DNA of 64,000 nt from an uncultured bacterium. Its GTDB lineage: Bacteria; Zixibacteria; MSB-5A5; CAIYYT01. Below the pieces are notes generated by a model, which saw only the letters and a program-made list of their open reading frames with translations, made no database searches and had not been told where the DNA came from. Below are positions 43,642-54,249 of this stretch, in pieces. The position numbers and the translations under genes are program-made. Location of the stretch: contig CAVSCK010000004.1 in the NCBI GenBank assembly GCA_963726455.1, positions 768,001-832,000 on the forward strand, in the 5' to 3' direction. The number at the start of each line of letters is the position of its first letter. The stretch's first letter is position 1.

Positions 43642-45000
43642 TCATTCGGCTGGCCTGCCAATTCCATACTCCTTCATCTTCTGCCTGAGGGTATTGCGAT
43701 GAATACCCAGCATGTCGGCGGCCTTTTGCAGACTGTATCCGGTCGATGCCAGCACGTTTTCGATCTGGCGCTTCTCCAACTCCTTGAGGGTAGCAGAAAC
43801 CGGCGCAGTGTACTCGCCGGCGGCGGAATCCGACCTCCGCAACTGCGGGAAGTCATCGACATCCAAAATATCCGACCGTGACAACACAATCGCGCGTTCA
43901 ATCGTGTTTGCCAATTCGCGCACATTCCCCGGCCAATCATGCGCCATTAACAGGTCTTTGGCTTGGGCGGTTATTCCCCTGGTCGGGCGGTTTAGTCGCT
44001 CCGAAGTTTGCTTAAGAAAGTGCTCCGTCAGAGGCATAATGTCTTCGCGGCGATCACGCAACGGCGGCAGGAAAATATTGACGACGTTTATTCGGTAATA
44101 CAGATCCTCACGAAACCGTCCCTGTTCGACGTCCTCCGCGAGATTTCGATTGGTTGCTGTGATGATGCGAACGTCGGCATCAAGTTCCTCATCTCCCCCC
44201 AGGCGCTCGAATCGCTTGTCTTCAAGTATCCGGAGCAACTTCACCTGTATCGCCCCCGGCAACTCGCCAACTTCATCCAACAAAATCGTTCCGCCGATAG
44301 CCAATTCAAACCGTCCGGTGCGCCTGCGATCGGCCCCGGTAAAAGCACCTTTCTCGTGGCCGAACAGTTCTGATTCCAGGAGCGTCTCCGGGATGGCGGC
44401 GCAGTTGACCGCCACGAATCTTCCCTCACCTCTGGAGGACAAACGATGAATCGTCCGAGCCACCAGCTCCTTGCCAGAGCCCGACTCGCCCGTGATCAGA
44501 ACTGTACTATCGGTCGGTGCTACCCGAGCAATCTCCGATAACACCTGTTTCAGTTTGGAAGAACTGCCGATAATCTCTTTAACTTCAAGTCCTTCAAGGT
44601 GTTCACGGAGTAATCGATTCTCTGAAAGCAGATAGTGCCGCTCACCGGCCTTCTTGACAAGTTCCAGAAGCTCTTCAAGATTTATCGGCTTACTCAAATA
44701 ATCGTATGCTCCCGCACGCATCGCGTCCACGGCAGTCTCCACAGTCCCAAAGGCGGTTATCATGATGACCTGCATCTCAGGATCTTTCGCCTTCACCTTT
44801 TTGAGCAAATCGAGACCGCTTTCGCCAGTCATCTTCATGTCGAAGAGGCCAATTTCGAACGAGTTATGCGTCATATTTTCGAGTGCAACTTCGGACGAAT
44901 CAGCGGTCGTAACCGTGTAGCCCTTTCGGGTAAGGAAACCAGCCAACATTTCGCGCTGATTCTTTTCGTCGTCGACGACGATAACTCGTAAAGACAGCAT
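43642..45000 (-). CDS. Sigma-54-dependent response regulator (NtrC family)
   Basis: Receiver; GESGSGKE; GAFTGA; WPGNVREL; Fis HTH. Confidence 0.96.
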   Translation of the reverse strand: MLSLRVIVVDDEKNQREMLAGFLTRKGYTVTTADSSEVALENMTHNSFEIGLFDMKMTGESGLDLLKKVKAKDPEMQVIMITAFGTVETAVDAMRAGAYDYLSKPINLEELLELVKKAGERHYLLSENRLLREHLEGLEVKEIIGSSSKLKQVLSEIARVAPTDSTVLITGESGSGKELVARTIHRLSSRGEGRFVAVNCAAIPETLLESELFGHEKGAFTGADRRRTGRFELAIGGTILLDEVGELPGAIQVKLLRILEDKRFERLGGDEELDADVRIITATNRNLAEDVEQGRFREDLYYRINVVNIFLPPLRDRREDIMPLTEHFLKQTSERLNRPTRGITAQAKDLLMAHDWPGNVRELANTIERAIVLSRSDILDVDDFPQLRRSDSAAGEYTAPVSATLKELEKRQIENVLASTGYSLQKAADMLGIHRNTLRQKMKEYGIGRPAE

Positions 45001-45089
45001 CTTTTACATGGTATTTCTTTTGCCGGTAGAAAGCAAACTTTTTCATGACTGCGCACCAGCCCCAAACGCCCGTGCTGTTCAAAAAAGGG

Positions 45090-45118
45090 TTTGACAAAAC
45101 AGCATGGGTTGATTAGAT
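45090..45118 (+). promoter_or_regulatory. Sigma-70 promoter ~360 nt upstream of the 45476 gene
   Basis: TTGACA-17-TAGATT. Confidence 0.65.
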
Positions 45119-45475
45119 TTAAAGGAGAAGAGCAAGAGCAGTATTGGGTCTAAAATACTTCAGCAGGCGATCCTGAGTTAGCGGTTGCTTGGTACAGTAA
45201 TACTTAGAAGTGACAACATTGGTGTCGTCGGAGATGTTCTCCCTTCGTTGACCTCAATTGGATGGTGCCCGACTTAAGCTCAGTCATCGCAAATGAATGA
45301 AACGGTAGACCTTTTAAGTTCATATTTGTGTCAGTCAGTTATTTTACTGGTTCCGACTTCGTTATGTGGAACTGAGGGAGGTGATAGTCCACAACTGAGC
45401 GTACTCGGATGAATTAGTCCGAACATTGTTGTAACCGATTTTTCTCGCAAATTTCGGAAAGGAGCAAACGAACCG

Positions 45476-48400
45476 ATGCGAAAACTAACGGTCCTCACTT
45501 TAGCACTATTGTACGTGGTTGCTCTGACCTCGGTTGCGGCTTTTGCCGCCAACGCGCCAAGAATTAATGGCGTGGAGAGCCAGCCACATATGGTTCCAAT
45601 CGAAAATAGCAATGTCCCAATGCTGGAGACCGGTCCGGAAATCGGCACCACCAGCAAGCCGTCAGCCGCGTCGATGCAGGCACTGGGATACTATATGTCG
45701 CCGGGTCTGATCCTGGAAACGACCGACTACGACTTACAGCACAACAGCCGCATGGCCCGTCAGGTTGAAGTTGGCACCGATGGCCGCGTCCATTTTATTT
45801 GGACGTACAAAGCCGTCGCCGCTGATCTCGGCCTTCGCGCCGCGCATTACAGAACCTGGGTCACCAATGGTGGTGGCTTCGGTAGCATACTGTCTCTGTC
45901 AGACGACCTTGGCAAGACGCCGGGACGTTTCTGCACAGTTGACGTATATAACAACGCTGGCATGGGTGTCTGGCACTACACTGTTGGCGCCGACCCGCAG
46001 ACTACTTCGGCAATGGATGCCGGCTCTGGACTGAATCTGTTCACTGCCGTTAATCCGCCAGCCGGTGTAATCAACTGCCAGAATATCCACGCAGGCACGA
46101 AATTTATTCCCTACATTTGGCCGAGCGCTTGCACTGATGTTGACGGCTCCGGCAACGTGGTTGTTCACATCATAGCAATGGAAGGCAATACCGGTGCCGG
46201 TTATGCCGCCCTCACTTACTTCCGCGGCGCCCCGGGTGGAACTACCTTCCAGGACGGCATGTACGGCACGTGCGGCACATTTATTGACTCCACCACAACG
46301 ACTGCTTACGATGTCGCCGCCAGCCCGACCACGAACGACGTGGTCATCGCTTATGCCAAGGCGAGACAGAACAATAACCGTGAAAACAGTGATATGGTCT
46401 ATCGCAAGTCGACCGACATGGGCGTCAACTGGGGCCCCATTGTGAATATCACCAACTACCCAACCGGCACCAAGGAACGCGCCGGTGAAGACGTTTCGGT
46501 GTTATTTGATGGTCGCAACTGTTTCCATATTCTGTATCTGGGAACGATCTACGATTCCATCGCCGGTACTTATTCTGATCAGGAAGTTAAGTTGTTTCAC
46601 TGGACAAGCTGCAATGCGCTCTGCAAGAGCTTGATCGTGAATGCCACGAACCATGATGCCAACTGTAACACTCCTGCATTTGCCTACAATGTGACCAAGA
46701 TCAACATCACCCAGTGCGCCAGAACGGCTACGAACGACACGCTGCTCTATGCCGTTTACACGCGTTATCTGGGCACAACGGCGGATCCGGATTGCTCCTT
46801 CAAGCATTATCCGAACGGCGAAGTATTTGTGTCAGCGTCGTCGACTTGGGGCGAAACCTGGGGTGCTCCAATCAACCTGACGAATACCAAGACCAATAAC
46901 TGCACGGGCGGCAACTGCGCCGACGATCGTTACACATCTTCGTCGCGTTACGCCAAAGACACGCTGCGCATTGAATACCTGCAGGATCTCGACGCCGGCA
47001 GCTTCGTCAGCAACGAAAGCTCGACTGCTGACCTCGCCAACCCGGTAATGTTCCTCAGCTATCCTTGCGTCTCGATGTCTCCGTATCAGTCGCTGTCCGC
47101 GACTCCGAGCGTTATCAAGTACTGGCCTACCCCGTTCTTTGCCAAGCGTAATGCCACTGCGACGCAGAACATCACGCTGATGAACGCCGGTAACCAGTCG
47201 GCCAGCTGGACCAGAGCCTTCTCATATACCAATGGTTCTAACTGGTTGAGTTGCCAGGCCAGCGGTTCTGTAGGCGCCGGTTGCACCAACTCGGCTTCGT
47301 TCGTTCTTACAGCCGGTCCGATCGCGACCGAAGGTTTGTACAAAGGCAAGGTTACGTTCTCGTACGACAGCCCGGTGCAGACGTTTGATCTTCCGATCGA
47401 CTTCTACGTATTTGACACGTTCAGATTGCCGCAGGATATACCGCTTCGCACTGCGACCAGCCGTATGATGGTCAACCAGACCGGCCAAGTCGGCGATGAC
47501 ATTGGTGGTTCCTCGTGGACTTACTTCTCGGAGGTCGACGTCGACGCCATCACCGACGGTTCGCTTATTCTTGGTAATGCCGCTCACAACCTGAGCTGGA
47601 GAATCTACCAGAGTGGCCAGGGTGAGCCGACTGCGTCGAACCCCTATGGCATAATTTATGCTAGAGACACGATCGCTATTGATACCCTGCCCAGTGGCAA
47701 CGCTTTCTATCGCAAGGCCTGGGGCACGGGCACGAACCGCGACTCCACGTTGGAGTTCTCGGTAGAGTGGTATGCACCGAAGTTTGTCGATACTGACGGC
47801 TTCTACATTGGCAAGTTCGATCTGTATAAAGGCCGCAAGACCCCTGGGACACCGGTTACGGGCCTCACAGTGGCCTTCTCAACCGACTGGGACGTCCCGG
47901 ATGATTCACTCGGTTCTGACAACATTGCCCACAACGATCCTACCAGAAACCTGGTGTATTTACAGGGTGCATACTCTGTGGATAAGAACAACGGCTACGG
48001 TGGTATCGCGGCATATCGTGAAGACAACCAGCCGATCGCCGGTGGTTTCACCTGGACAAACTCGCAGCATGTGTACCTGGAATCTGGTTACAACTGCGAC
48101 TCCATGTGGAATTGGCTGACTCGAATCAACTCTGTTCAGAGTCTTCCGGTGGACACCGTGACCGACCAGTCCATCACGATGATCATTGCCAAGGGTCTGA
48201 CAATCAGCCAGGGTGATCACTTCAAGTTTGACGTGATTCACGTCGGTAAGCGCGGCGAACTTAATCCGGGAGGGCTTCCAGCTTTCCTGGCCATGGTTGA
48301 TGCCGGCAAGAAGTTCCTGTGCGGCCACATTTCCAACTCTAGCGCACTGTGCTCCGGTTGTGTCGATTGTGGCGATGCCAACAGCGACGGCGCGGTTGAC

Positions 48401-48589
48401 ATTTCCGACGCGGTGTTCTTGATTCAGTACATCTTCGCCGGTGGTGCGGCTCCGGGAACCTGCACCTACGCCTTTGGTAAGGGCGATGCCAACGGTGACT
48501 GCACAGTTGACATTTCCGACGCGGTGTACTTGATTCAGTACATCTTCGCCGGTGGCGCTGCTCCTCACTGCGGAGTGGGCTGCAAATAG
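45476..48589 (+). CDS. Large Cys-rich secreted protein with BNR/Asp-box-like motifs and C-terminal dockerin-like domain
   Basis: Signal peptide; STDMGVNW, SSTWGETW; two GDAN.D..VDISDAV.LIQYIFAGGAAP repeats. Confidence 0.85.
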   Translation: MRKLTVLTLALLYVVALTSVAAFAANAPRINGVESQPHMVPIENSNVPMLETGPEIGTTSKPSAASMQALGYYMSPGLILETTDYDLQHNSRMARQVEVGTDGRVHFIWTYKAVAADLGLRAAHYRTWVTNGGGFGSILSLSDDLGKTPGRFCTVDVYNNAGMGVWHYTVGADPQTTSAMDAGSGLNLFTAVNPPAGVINCQNIHAGTKFIPYIWPSACTDVDGSGNVVVHIIAMEGNTGAGYAALTYFRGAPGGTTFQDGMYGTCGTFIDSTTTTAYDVAASPTTNDVVIAYAKARQNNNRENSDMVYRKSTDMGVNWGPIVNITNYPTGTKERAGEDVSVLFDGRNCFHILYLGTIYDSIAGTYSDQEVKLFHWTSCNALCKSLIVNATNHDANCNTPAFAYNVTKINITQCARTATNDTLLYAVYTRYLGTTADPDCSFKHYPNGEVFVSASSTWGETWGAPINLTNTKTNNCTGGNCADDRYTSSSRYAKDTLRIEYLQDLDAGSFVSNESSTADLANPVMFLSYPCVSMSPYQSLSATPSVIKYWPTPFFAKRNATATQNITLMNAGNQSASWTRAFSYTNGSNWLSCQASGSVGAGCTNSASFVLTAGPIATEGLYKGKVTFSYDSPVQTFDLPIDFYVFDTFRLPQDIPLRTATSRMMVNQTGQVGDDIGGSSWTYFSEVDVDAITDGSLILGNAAHNLSWRIYQSGQGEPTASNPYGIIYARDTIAIDTLPSGNAFYRKAWGTGTNRDSTLEFSVEWYAPKFVDTDGFYIGKFDLYKGRKTPGTPVTGLTVAFSTDWDVPDDSLGSDNIAHNDPTRNLVYLQGAYSVDKNNGYGGIAAYREDNQPIAGGFTWTNSQHVYLESGYNCDSMWNWLTRINSVQSLPVDTVTDQSITMIIAKGLTISQGDHFKFDVIHVGKRGELNPGGLPAFLAMVDAGKKFLCGHISNSSALCSGCVDCGDANSDGAVDISDAVFLIQYIFAGGAAPGTCTYAFGKGDANGDCTVDISDAVYLIQYIFAGGAAPHCGVGCK

Positions 48590-48645
48590 TTCATTCAATT
48601 GACTAGTCCAACGAGTTCTTGATTCGTGGAACTAGCCGAAATAAG

Positions 48646-48678
48646 ACCGTGCCGACCGTTTGGTCGGCACGGTTTTTT
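48646..48678 (+). terminator. Intrinsic terminator
   Basis: ACCGTGCCGACC-gttt-GGTCGGCACGGT followed by T-tract. Confidence 0.9.
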
Positions 48679-48736
48679 GTTTGCCACTAATCCGCAAGTC
48701 GTTGCTTTAGTCATGCCGTCATGGTATGTTTCGGTG

Positions 48737-50932
48737 ATGCTTCAGATTGTCAAAACCAGACTTCTGTGTCTGTTCGGCATATTTCTGTTGGCATTCGCGC
48801 ACAGTGCGATAGCCGCAGATGACACCCTTGGTCTGTCCCCGGGTGGCGTGCAGGACGAAGCATTTTGGAAGGCGCACATTCATCAACTGCAGAAGATGTC
48901 TCTCTCGGCCAGAGCGCAGGAAATGACCCCACTGGAAAAACGCTTTGATGTGACCTACTATATCATCCGCCTGAAGATCGATCCGTCCACAACTGCTGAA
49001 ACCATCGACGGTGCAGTCACCGTTTTCGGAAGTGCTGTTGCGGGTACACTCGACACCGTTCAACTCGATTTCTCTCAGTCTCTGACCGCCGATTCAGTGA
49101 CCAGCGGCGCCTCGCGGCTGGACTTTCAACAGACAGGTGACTTGCTCACAATAGCGCTGCCGGGCGGCGGAAGTAACATTGGTTTTGCCTTGACCGTTCA
49201 TTATCGTGGTCAACCACAGAATTTTGGTTTCGGTTCGTTCAAATTCGAAAGCTTCAACTCACATCCGACTGTTTCCACGCTCTCCGAGCCATATTATGCA
49301 CGCGGTTGGTGGCCATGCAAGGATCATCCAACCGACAAACCGGATTCCGTAGATATGTATGTCACAATCGACAGCAATTTGATTGTGGCTTCCAACGGTT
49401 CGCTGGTCTCGATTGTGAAAAATGGCGACGGCACCAACACCACACATTGGCATGAATCGTATCCCATCGCCACCTACCTGGTCAGTCTCGCCATCGCCGA
49501 TTATTACACCTATTCCGATACTTTGAAATATGGCGGCTTCACTATGCCGATCGATTTCTTTCACTACGGGCCGCCGGGAGATGTGATCAGAGCTAGATAT
49601 GCCAAAGTGAAGGACATGATCGCAGCCTTCTCGGATATGTTCGGGATTTACCCTTTCATCAGGGAAAAGTACGGGCATGCAGAATTCACCTTTGGCGGTG
49701 GCATGGAGCATCAAACTTGCACTTCGCTGGGCGCCTTCGACGAAAATGTGATTGCACACGAACTCGCACACCAATGGTGGGGCGATATGGTAACGTGCGG
49801 CTCCTGGCACGATATCTGGCTGAATGAAGGGTTCGCGAGCTACGGTGAAGCACTCTGGGCCGAACATACCGACGGCATGGCCGGGTACCATGCCATGATG
49901 AATACATTTCCCGATACGTGGGATACAACGCGGGCGCGTGATACTCTGATCGTCACTGACACGACCTCCGAATTTACCCTATTCAACTGGAAAGTGTACC
50001 GCAAGGGTGGATATGTGCTGCACATGCTGCGTTACACGATCGGTGATTCTGCCTTTTTTCGCACTTTGCACCGTTACGGTGAACCACCTTACAAGTATAG
50101 TACCGCAGTGACCGAGGACTTTCGCCGTGTTGCCGAGGAGGAATCGGGCCAGAATCTCGAGACATTCTTCCAGCAGTGGGTCTATTCCGGAGGTCAGCCA
50201 TACTACCACTATGGAATGTTACCGATCACCACTGATACCGGAGTGGTGACCTACTTCTTCCTTGACCAGGTACAGGCAGGGCGCAATCCGTTTCAGACTG
50301 ATATCGACGTTAGGTTTGACTTTGCCGACACAGCGTTGACGTTCCGACTGTCGGACACATTGTCTAGCCAGAATTTCGTTTTCCGGTTTGACACAGCTCC
50401 CATCAGTTGCACAGTCGACCCCGACCACTGGATATTGCAGCGGAATTCACTGGCGGACTTCGGCTTCCGGTTCATCACGGATTCGCTGCCTGACGCTTAT
50501 ATCTCTGCGCCATATAGTCAGCAACTCATTGTGGCCGGCGGACGTGATCCCCTGACCTGGTGGGCGCCGGTTGTGACCCTACCACCCGGCCTGACCCTAA
50601 GCTTCGACGGCATACTGTCAGGCACGCCAACCGAAACCGGCCAGTATCTAATTGGTGTGCGCGTTACCGATGCCTCGTCACCGGCACGGGTTCTTGTAAC
50701 GAACCTGCCGTTGAATGTCAAAGAGCTTCACGGCAACGTCGATGGCCAGCCCGGAATCGGCCTCTCGGACCTGATATACTTGATCAGATACCTGTTCAAG
50801 GGCGGCAATCCCCCCGCAAACTTGCAGCTTGCCGACACCAACTGTGATGGCGCGGTGGACCTTGTCGACGTTGTCGTACTACTCAACTACCTCTATGATC
50901 GCGGACCACTTCCCTGCGCCACCTTCAATTGA
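48737..50932 (+). CDS. M1 aminopeptidase with Ig-like and dockerin-like domains
   Basis: GGMEH; HELAHQWWG..WLNEGFA; LPPGLTL..GILSGTP; DTNCDGAVDLVD. Confidence 0.93.
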   Translation: MLQIVKTRLLCLFGIFLLAFAHSAIAADDTLGLSPGGVQDEAFWKAHIHQLQKMSLSARAQEMTPLEKRFDVTYYIIRLKIDPSTTAETIDGAVTVFGSAVAGTLDTVQLDFSQSLTADSVTSGASRLDFQQTGDLLTIALPGGGSNIGFALTVHYRGQPQNFGFGSFKFESFNSHPTVSTLSEPYYARGWWPCKDHPTDKPDSVDMYVTIDSNLIVASNGSLVSIVKNGDGTNTTHWHESYPIATYLVSLAIADYYTYSDTLKYGGFTMPIDFFHYGPPGDVIRARYAKVKDMIAAFSDMFGIYPFIREKYGHAEFTFGGGMEHQTCTSLGAFDENVIAHELAHQWWGDMVTCGSWHDIWLNEGFASYGEALWAEHTDGMAGYHAMMNTFPDTWDTTRARDTLIVTDTTSEFTLFNWKVYRKGGYVLHMLRYTIGDSAFFRTLHRYGEPPYKYSTAVTEDFRRVAEEESGQNLETFFQQWVYSGGQPYYHYGMLPITTDTGVVTYFFLDQVQAGRNPFQTDIDVRFDFADTALTFRLSDTLSSQNFVFRFDTAPISCTVDPDHWILQRNSLADFGFRFITDSLPDAYISAPYSQQLIVAGGRDPLTWWAPVVTLPPGLTLSFDGILSGTPTETGQYLIGVRVTDASSPARVLVTNLPLNVKELHGNVDGQPGIGLSDLIYLIRYLFKGGNPPANLQLADTNCDGAVDLVDVVVLLNYLYDRGPLPCATFN

Positions 50933-51162
50933 TCCGCGCTTATTGCGTCGCAATCAACAACGCTACCCGGATCATCAATTAGTTTGCGTTCCGACTCCCA
51001 GATGCGTCGCAGAATTGGAATGCCGAATTGCAGAATTGTCCGCACGGCATGCGCCATCGTGTGGTTATGAGTCTGAGCCAGTTCCTTTAGGGCAGTCTTC
51101 AACTCGCGCGAAACTTGTATGTTGAGTGTTTGTTCGCCTGGATGTTTGCCTTCGTTTTCCAT
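50893..51162 (-). CDS. Ribbon-helix-helix-like small protein
   Basis: TLNIQVSRELKTALKELAQ..MAHAVRTIL; GGGAG RBS. Confidence 0.65.
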   Translation of the reverse strand: MENEGKHPGEQTLNIQVSRELKTALKELAQTHNHTMAHAVRTILQFGIPILRRIWESERKLIDDPGSVVDCDAISADQLKVAQGSGPRS

Positions 51163-51180
51163 GGTAGTTTCTCCCTTGCT

Positions 51181-51666
51181 TTAACAGTGGTATTTTATAT
51201 GTCCGATGATTGTCTGCGGCGAGACAATCGCAACACCGTAGACGTTTCTTAATTCAGAAATGACCCCGCAATATGAGTCACCATCCTCGTGTTGCACTAT
51301 CACGGCCTCGACTTCCAATCGTTGCGCGCAACGACAGATGGGACAATCTGAGGCCTCCGCAGTTATCCCGAACCGCACCAGAACAAATGGCGCCAGAAGT
51401 TTTCGCAACCGTTTGCAGGTGCGCCGGTGTATCCCCTGAACCAGTGCCGGTGAACAACGAGTCTCCCTGGCTATTCGGGCCAGAGACTTACCCTCGAAGT
51501 AGTGTCGCTCAACAATGAGCCGTTCGGCCGCGTCCAATTTGTCGACGGCATCTCTAACCTGTTGTTCCAGTACCTCCTGCTTACGAAGCGATTCCTCGTT
51601 AGGCTCCGGCGGCCAAATTGAACTAGTGGACGTCAAATAAACCCATTCGTGTAGCATAACGGTCAT
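51181..51666 (-). CDS. Sigma-70 region-4-like HTH protein with Cys/His C-terminal domain
   Basis: AVDKL..ERLIVERHYFEGKSLARIA; CPICRC...HIKYH. Confidence 0.7.
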   Translation of the reverse strand: MTVMLHEWVYLTSTSSIWPPEPNEESLRKQEVLEQQVRDAVDKLDAAERLIVERHYFEGKSLARIARETRCSPALVQGIHRRTCKRLRKLLAPFVLVRFGITAEASDCPICRCAQRLEVEAVIVQHEDGDSYCGVISELRNVYGVAIVSPQTIIGHIKYHC

Positions 51667-51768
51667 GCCCGATCTCCTTTCGGGCAGGATTAAACGTCAT
51701 GGATCAGAGAAGGTAAATCAGGTGACATTCGCATTGTGAATCACATCAGCAAGTGATATCATGCCGGC

Positions 51769-52464
51769 ATGCAACCGGCTCCCGAGAACTTCCGGCTCAC
51801 TGTCATTAGTTACCTGATACTATTGCTATTGGCGGCCTTGTGGCCGTTGTCATCATTTGTTTTCCTGGGATCGCAGCTTGAGCTGTTGCGCGATATCGCC
51901 AATCCCGTGACAGACATCTATTATCCGACGATTATCGTGCAGTTGGTGACCTTGCTGTTGGTATTCGCCGCCGTCAGGTCGGAACAGGTGAAACTGAACG
52001 ACATCGGCTTGCGGGCGTTCAATCGCTGGACTACGTTGCAGGCGATCGGATTCCTGATCATTGCCAACAGCGTACTTTCAGTATTGCAGGTCGCCATTTT
52101 TGCCCAATCGCCGCAAAGCTTCAACCCCATCACCGCGATTGTCCCCACCACGGCCTATGCGCGCTCAGTCTGGGTGATTCTCTGCGTGATTGTCGCATTC
52201 AGTGAGGAGATGGCATATCGCGGCTACATTCTAACTCGTGTGACTCGCATGAGCGGCGGCAGAGTCTGGCTGGGTGTGCTGGTATCGACAGTCGCATTTG
52301 CCAGTGGGCATTTGTATCAGGGAATCGGTGGATTTGCCGTGATATTCGTGTACGGGTTGATGTTTGCCGGCTTGTACCTGTATACCGGCTCGATATTCCC
52401 CGGAATTATTGCCCACTTCCTGCAGGACACAATGATCATTTTCGTGCCGGGTCTGTCGCGCTAA
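51769..52464 (+). CDS. CPBP (CAAX/Abi) intramembrane metalloprotease
   Basis: EEMAYRG, FASGH, IAHFLQD. Confidence 0.9.
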   Translation: MQPAPENFRLTVISYLILLLLAALWPLSSFVFLGSQLELLRDIANPVTDIYYPTIIVQLVTLLLVFAAVRSEQVKLNDIGLRAFNRWTTLQAIGFLIIANSVLSVLQVAIFAQSPQSFNPITAIVPTTAYARSVWVILCVIVAFSEEMAYRGYILTRVTRMSGGRVWLGVLVSTVAFASGHLYQGIGGFAVIFVYGLMFAGLYLYTGSIFPGIIAHFLQDTMIIFVPGLSR

Positions 52465-52597
52465 ACAATAGTGCGCCGACCATGATTAGTCATATTTCCC
52501 CGTTCAATTTGGCGCTTTACAGTCGCGAAGCATGGGTTTATATTGCGACGAATATTTCCCGGTGGACAGTTTCCCATCGCGGTGAGAGGAGTCTGAA

Positions 52598-53620
52598 TTG
52601 ACAGGCATAGGCATCATAGGTTGCGGCTATTGGGGCCCAAATCTGGTACGGAATTTCAAATCGCTTTCATCTTGCAAGGTTGTTGGAATACATGACCTTA
52701 GACCGGAACGCGTCAAGTTTATCCAGTCAAGTTATCCTGATCTGAAGAGTTACGAGTCCGTGCAAAAGCTGATCGAGGATCCGGCTATTGAAGCGGTCGT
52801 GATTGCGACGCCGGTTGCGGCGCACTTTGAGGTAGCCAAAGCTGCACTGACCGCAGGCAAGCATGTGCTGCTGGAGAAGCCGTTGACGTCCTCGGTGGCG
52901 CAAGCATCGGAGCTGGTGGATCTGGCGGCAAAGAAGGGCCTGACTTTGATGGTTGACCACACGTTTCTGTACACGGGCGCCGTCCGCAAGATCAAAGAAC
53001 TGGTAGACTCCGGAGAGATCGGCAAGTTGCTCTATTTCGATTCCGTTCGTGTCAACCTCGGACTTTTCCAGCATGACATCAATGTGATTTGGGACCTGAC
53101 TCCTCACGACATTTCGATCTGCGACTACATCTCGCGTAAGAAGGCGGTATCGGTCAATGCTGTTGGCCATGCGTTCTACGGCCAGAGCATCGAGAACATC
53201 AGTTATCTCGCGGTGAAGTATGAAGACGAAATGCTGGCGCATTTCCACGTCAACTGGCTGGCGCCGGTGAAAGTGCGCACGACGCTGATCGGCGGCACTG
53301 AACGGATGATTGTCTATGATGACATGGAGCCGTCCGAGAAGATCAAGATCTACGACAAGAAAGTCGTGCTGACCGACCATGCGGGCCAGGAAGACCAGGA
53401 GAAGGTATATAGCGCGCTGGTGGAATATCGAATCGGTGATATGCGAGCGCCGAAACTGGAGAGCACCGAGGCGCTGAAACTGGTCGCCAAGGAATATGTC
53501 GATTCGATCACTCAGAAACGTAAGCCGCTGACCTCCGGTGAGGATGGTCTGCACGTGGTGCGAATTCTTGAAGCCGCAGACAAGTCGCTCAAGATGAACG
53601 GCGCACAGGTGAAGCTATAA
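52598..53620 (+). CDS. Gfo/Idh/MocA oxidoreductase (likely nucleotide-sugar)
   Basis: IIGCGYWG; HVLLEKP; WDLTPHD. Confidence 0.92.
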   Translation: MTGIGIIGCGYWGPNLVRNFKSLSSCKVVGIHDLRPERVKFIQSSYPDLKSYESVQKLIEDPAIEAVVIATPVAAHFEVAKAALTAGKHVLLEKPLTSSVAQASELVDLAAKKGLTLMVDHTFLYTGAVRKIKELVDSGEIGKLLYFDSVRVNLGLFQHDINVIWDLTPHDISICDYISRKKAVSVNAVGHAFYGQSIENISYLAVKYEDEMLAHFHVNWLAPVKVRTTLIGGTERMIVYDDMEPSEKIKIYDKKVVLTDHAGQEDQEKVYSALVEYRIGDMRAPKLESTEALKLVAKEYVDSITQKRKPLTSGEDGLHVVRILEAADKSLKMNGAQVKL

Positions 53621-53688
53621 CACGATTGCTTCCCCGTATGATAAGATTGGAACACTATTGTTCGTGATACAAAAGCAAGGATCAAACG

Positions 53689-54180
53689 ATGAATGAATAT
53701 CAATGTGTTGCTCCGGACGTCGTTCTGGGGAAAGATGTCAAGCTCGGGAAGTTTATTAATCTCTACGGTTGTTCGATCGGTGACGGCACCAAGGTCGGCG
53801 CAATGGTGGAGATTCAGAAGAACGCCTCCATCGGTAAGTCGTGCAAGATATCGTCGCACACGTTTATCTGCGACGGCGTCGCAATCGGCGACAACTGCTT
53901 TATCGGGCACGGCGTGATGTTCATCAACGACAACTATCCGCAAGCGACACGCCCTGACGGCCAACTCGAAACGGAAGCGGACTGGAAACCGCGTTTTGTC
54001 TATACGCAGATCGGCAACCATGTCGCCATCGGGAGTAACGCCACGATAAAAGGCGGCGTAAAGATCGGTGACAATGCCATTATCGGCGCCGGGAGTGTCG
54101 TCACCAAGGACGTGCCGGCAGGAGAAATCTGGGCGGGAAATCCGGCGCGCAAGTTGCGGGAAGTTCCGAAGAGCAAGTAG
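53689..54180 (+). CDS. Hexapeptide-repeat sugar N-acyltransferase
   Basis: Left-handed beta-helix repeats; GAGSVVTKDVP..GNPAR. Confidence 0.9.
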   Translation: MNEYQCVAPDVVLGKDVKLGKFINLYGCSIGDGTKVGAMVEIQKNASIGKSCKISSHTFICDGVAIGDNCFIGHGVMFINDNYPQATRPDGQLETEADWKPRFVYTQIGNHVAIGSNATIKGGVKIGDNAIIGAGSVVTKDVPAGEIWAGNPARKLREVPKSK

Positions 54181-54249
54181 GCGGAAAACGCCTTCGCCCG
54201 TCTCTATGCACCGGGCGATTATATTGACCCGGGCTGAGGGACGAACTGG

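Noticed and set aside
48371-48564. Near-identical repeat pair as a DGR template/variable repeat
   Set aside because: Both copies are in-frame dockerin halves, differences are not adenine-specific and no reverse transcriptase is present
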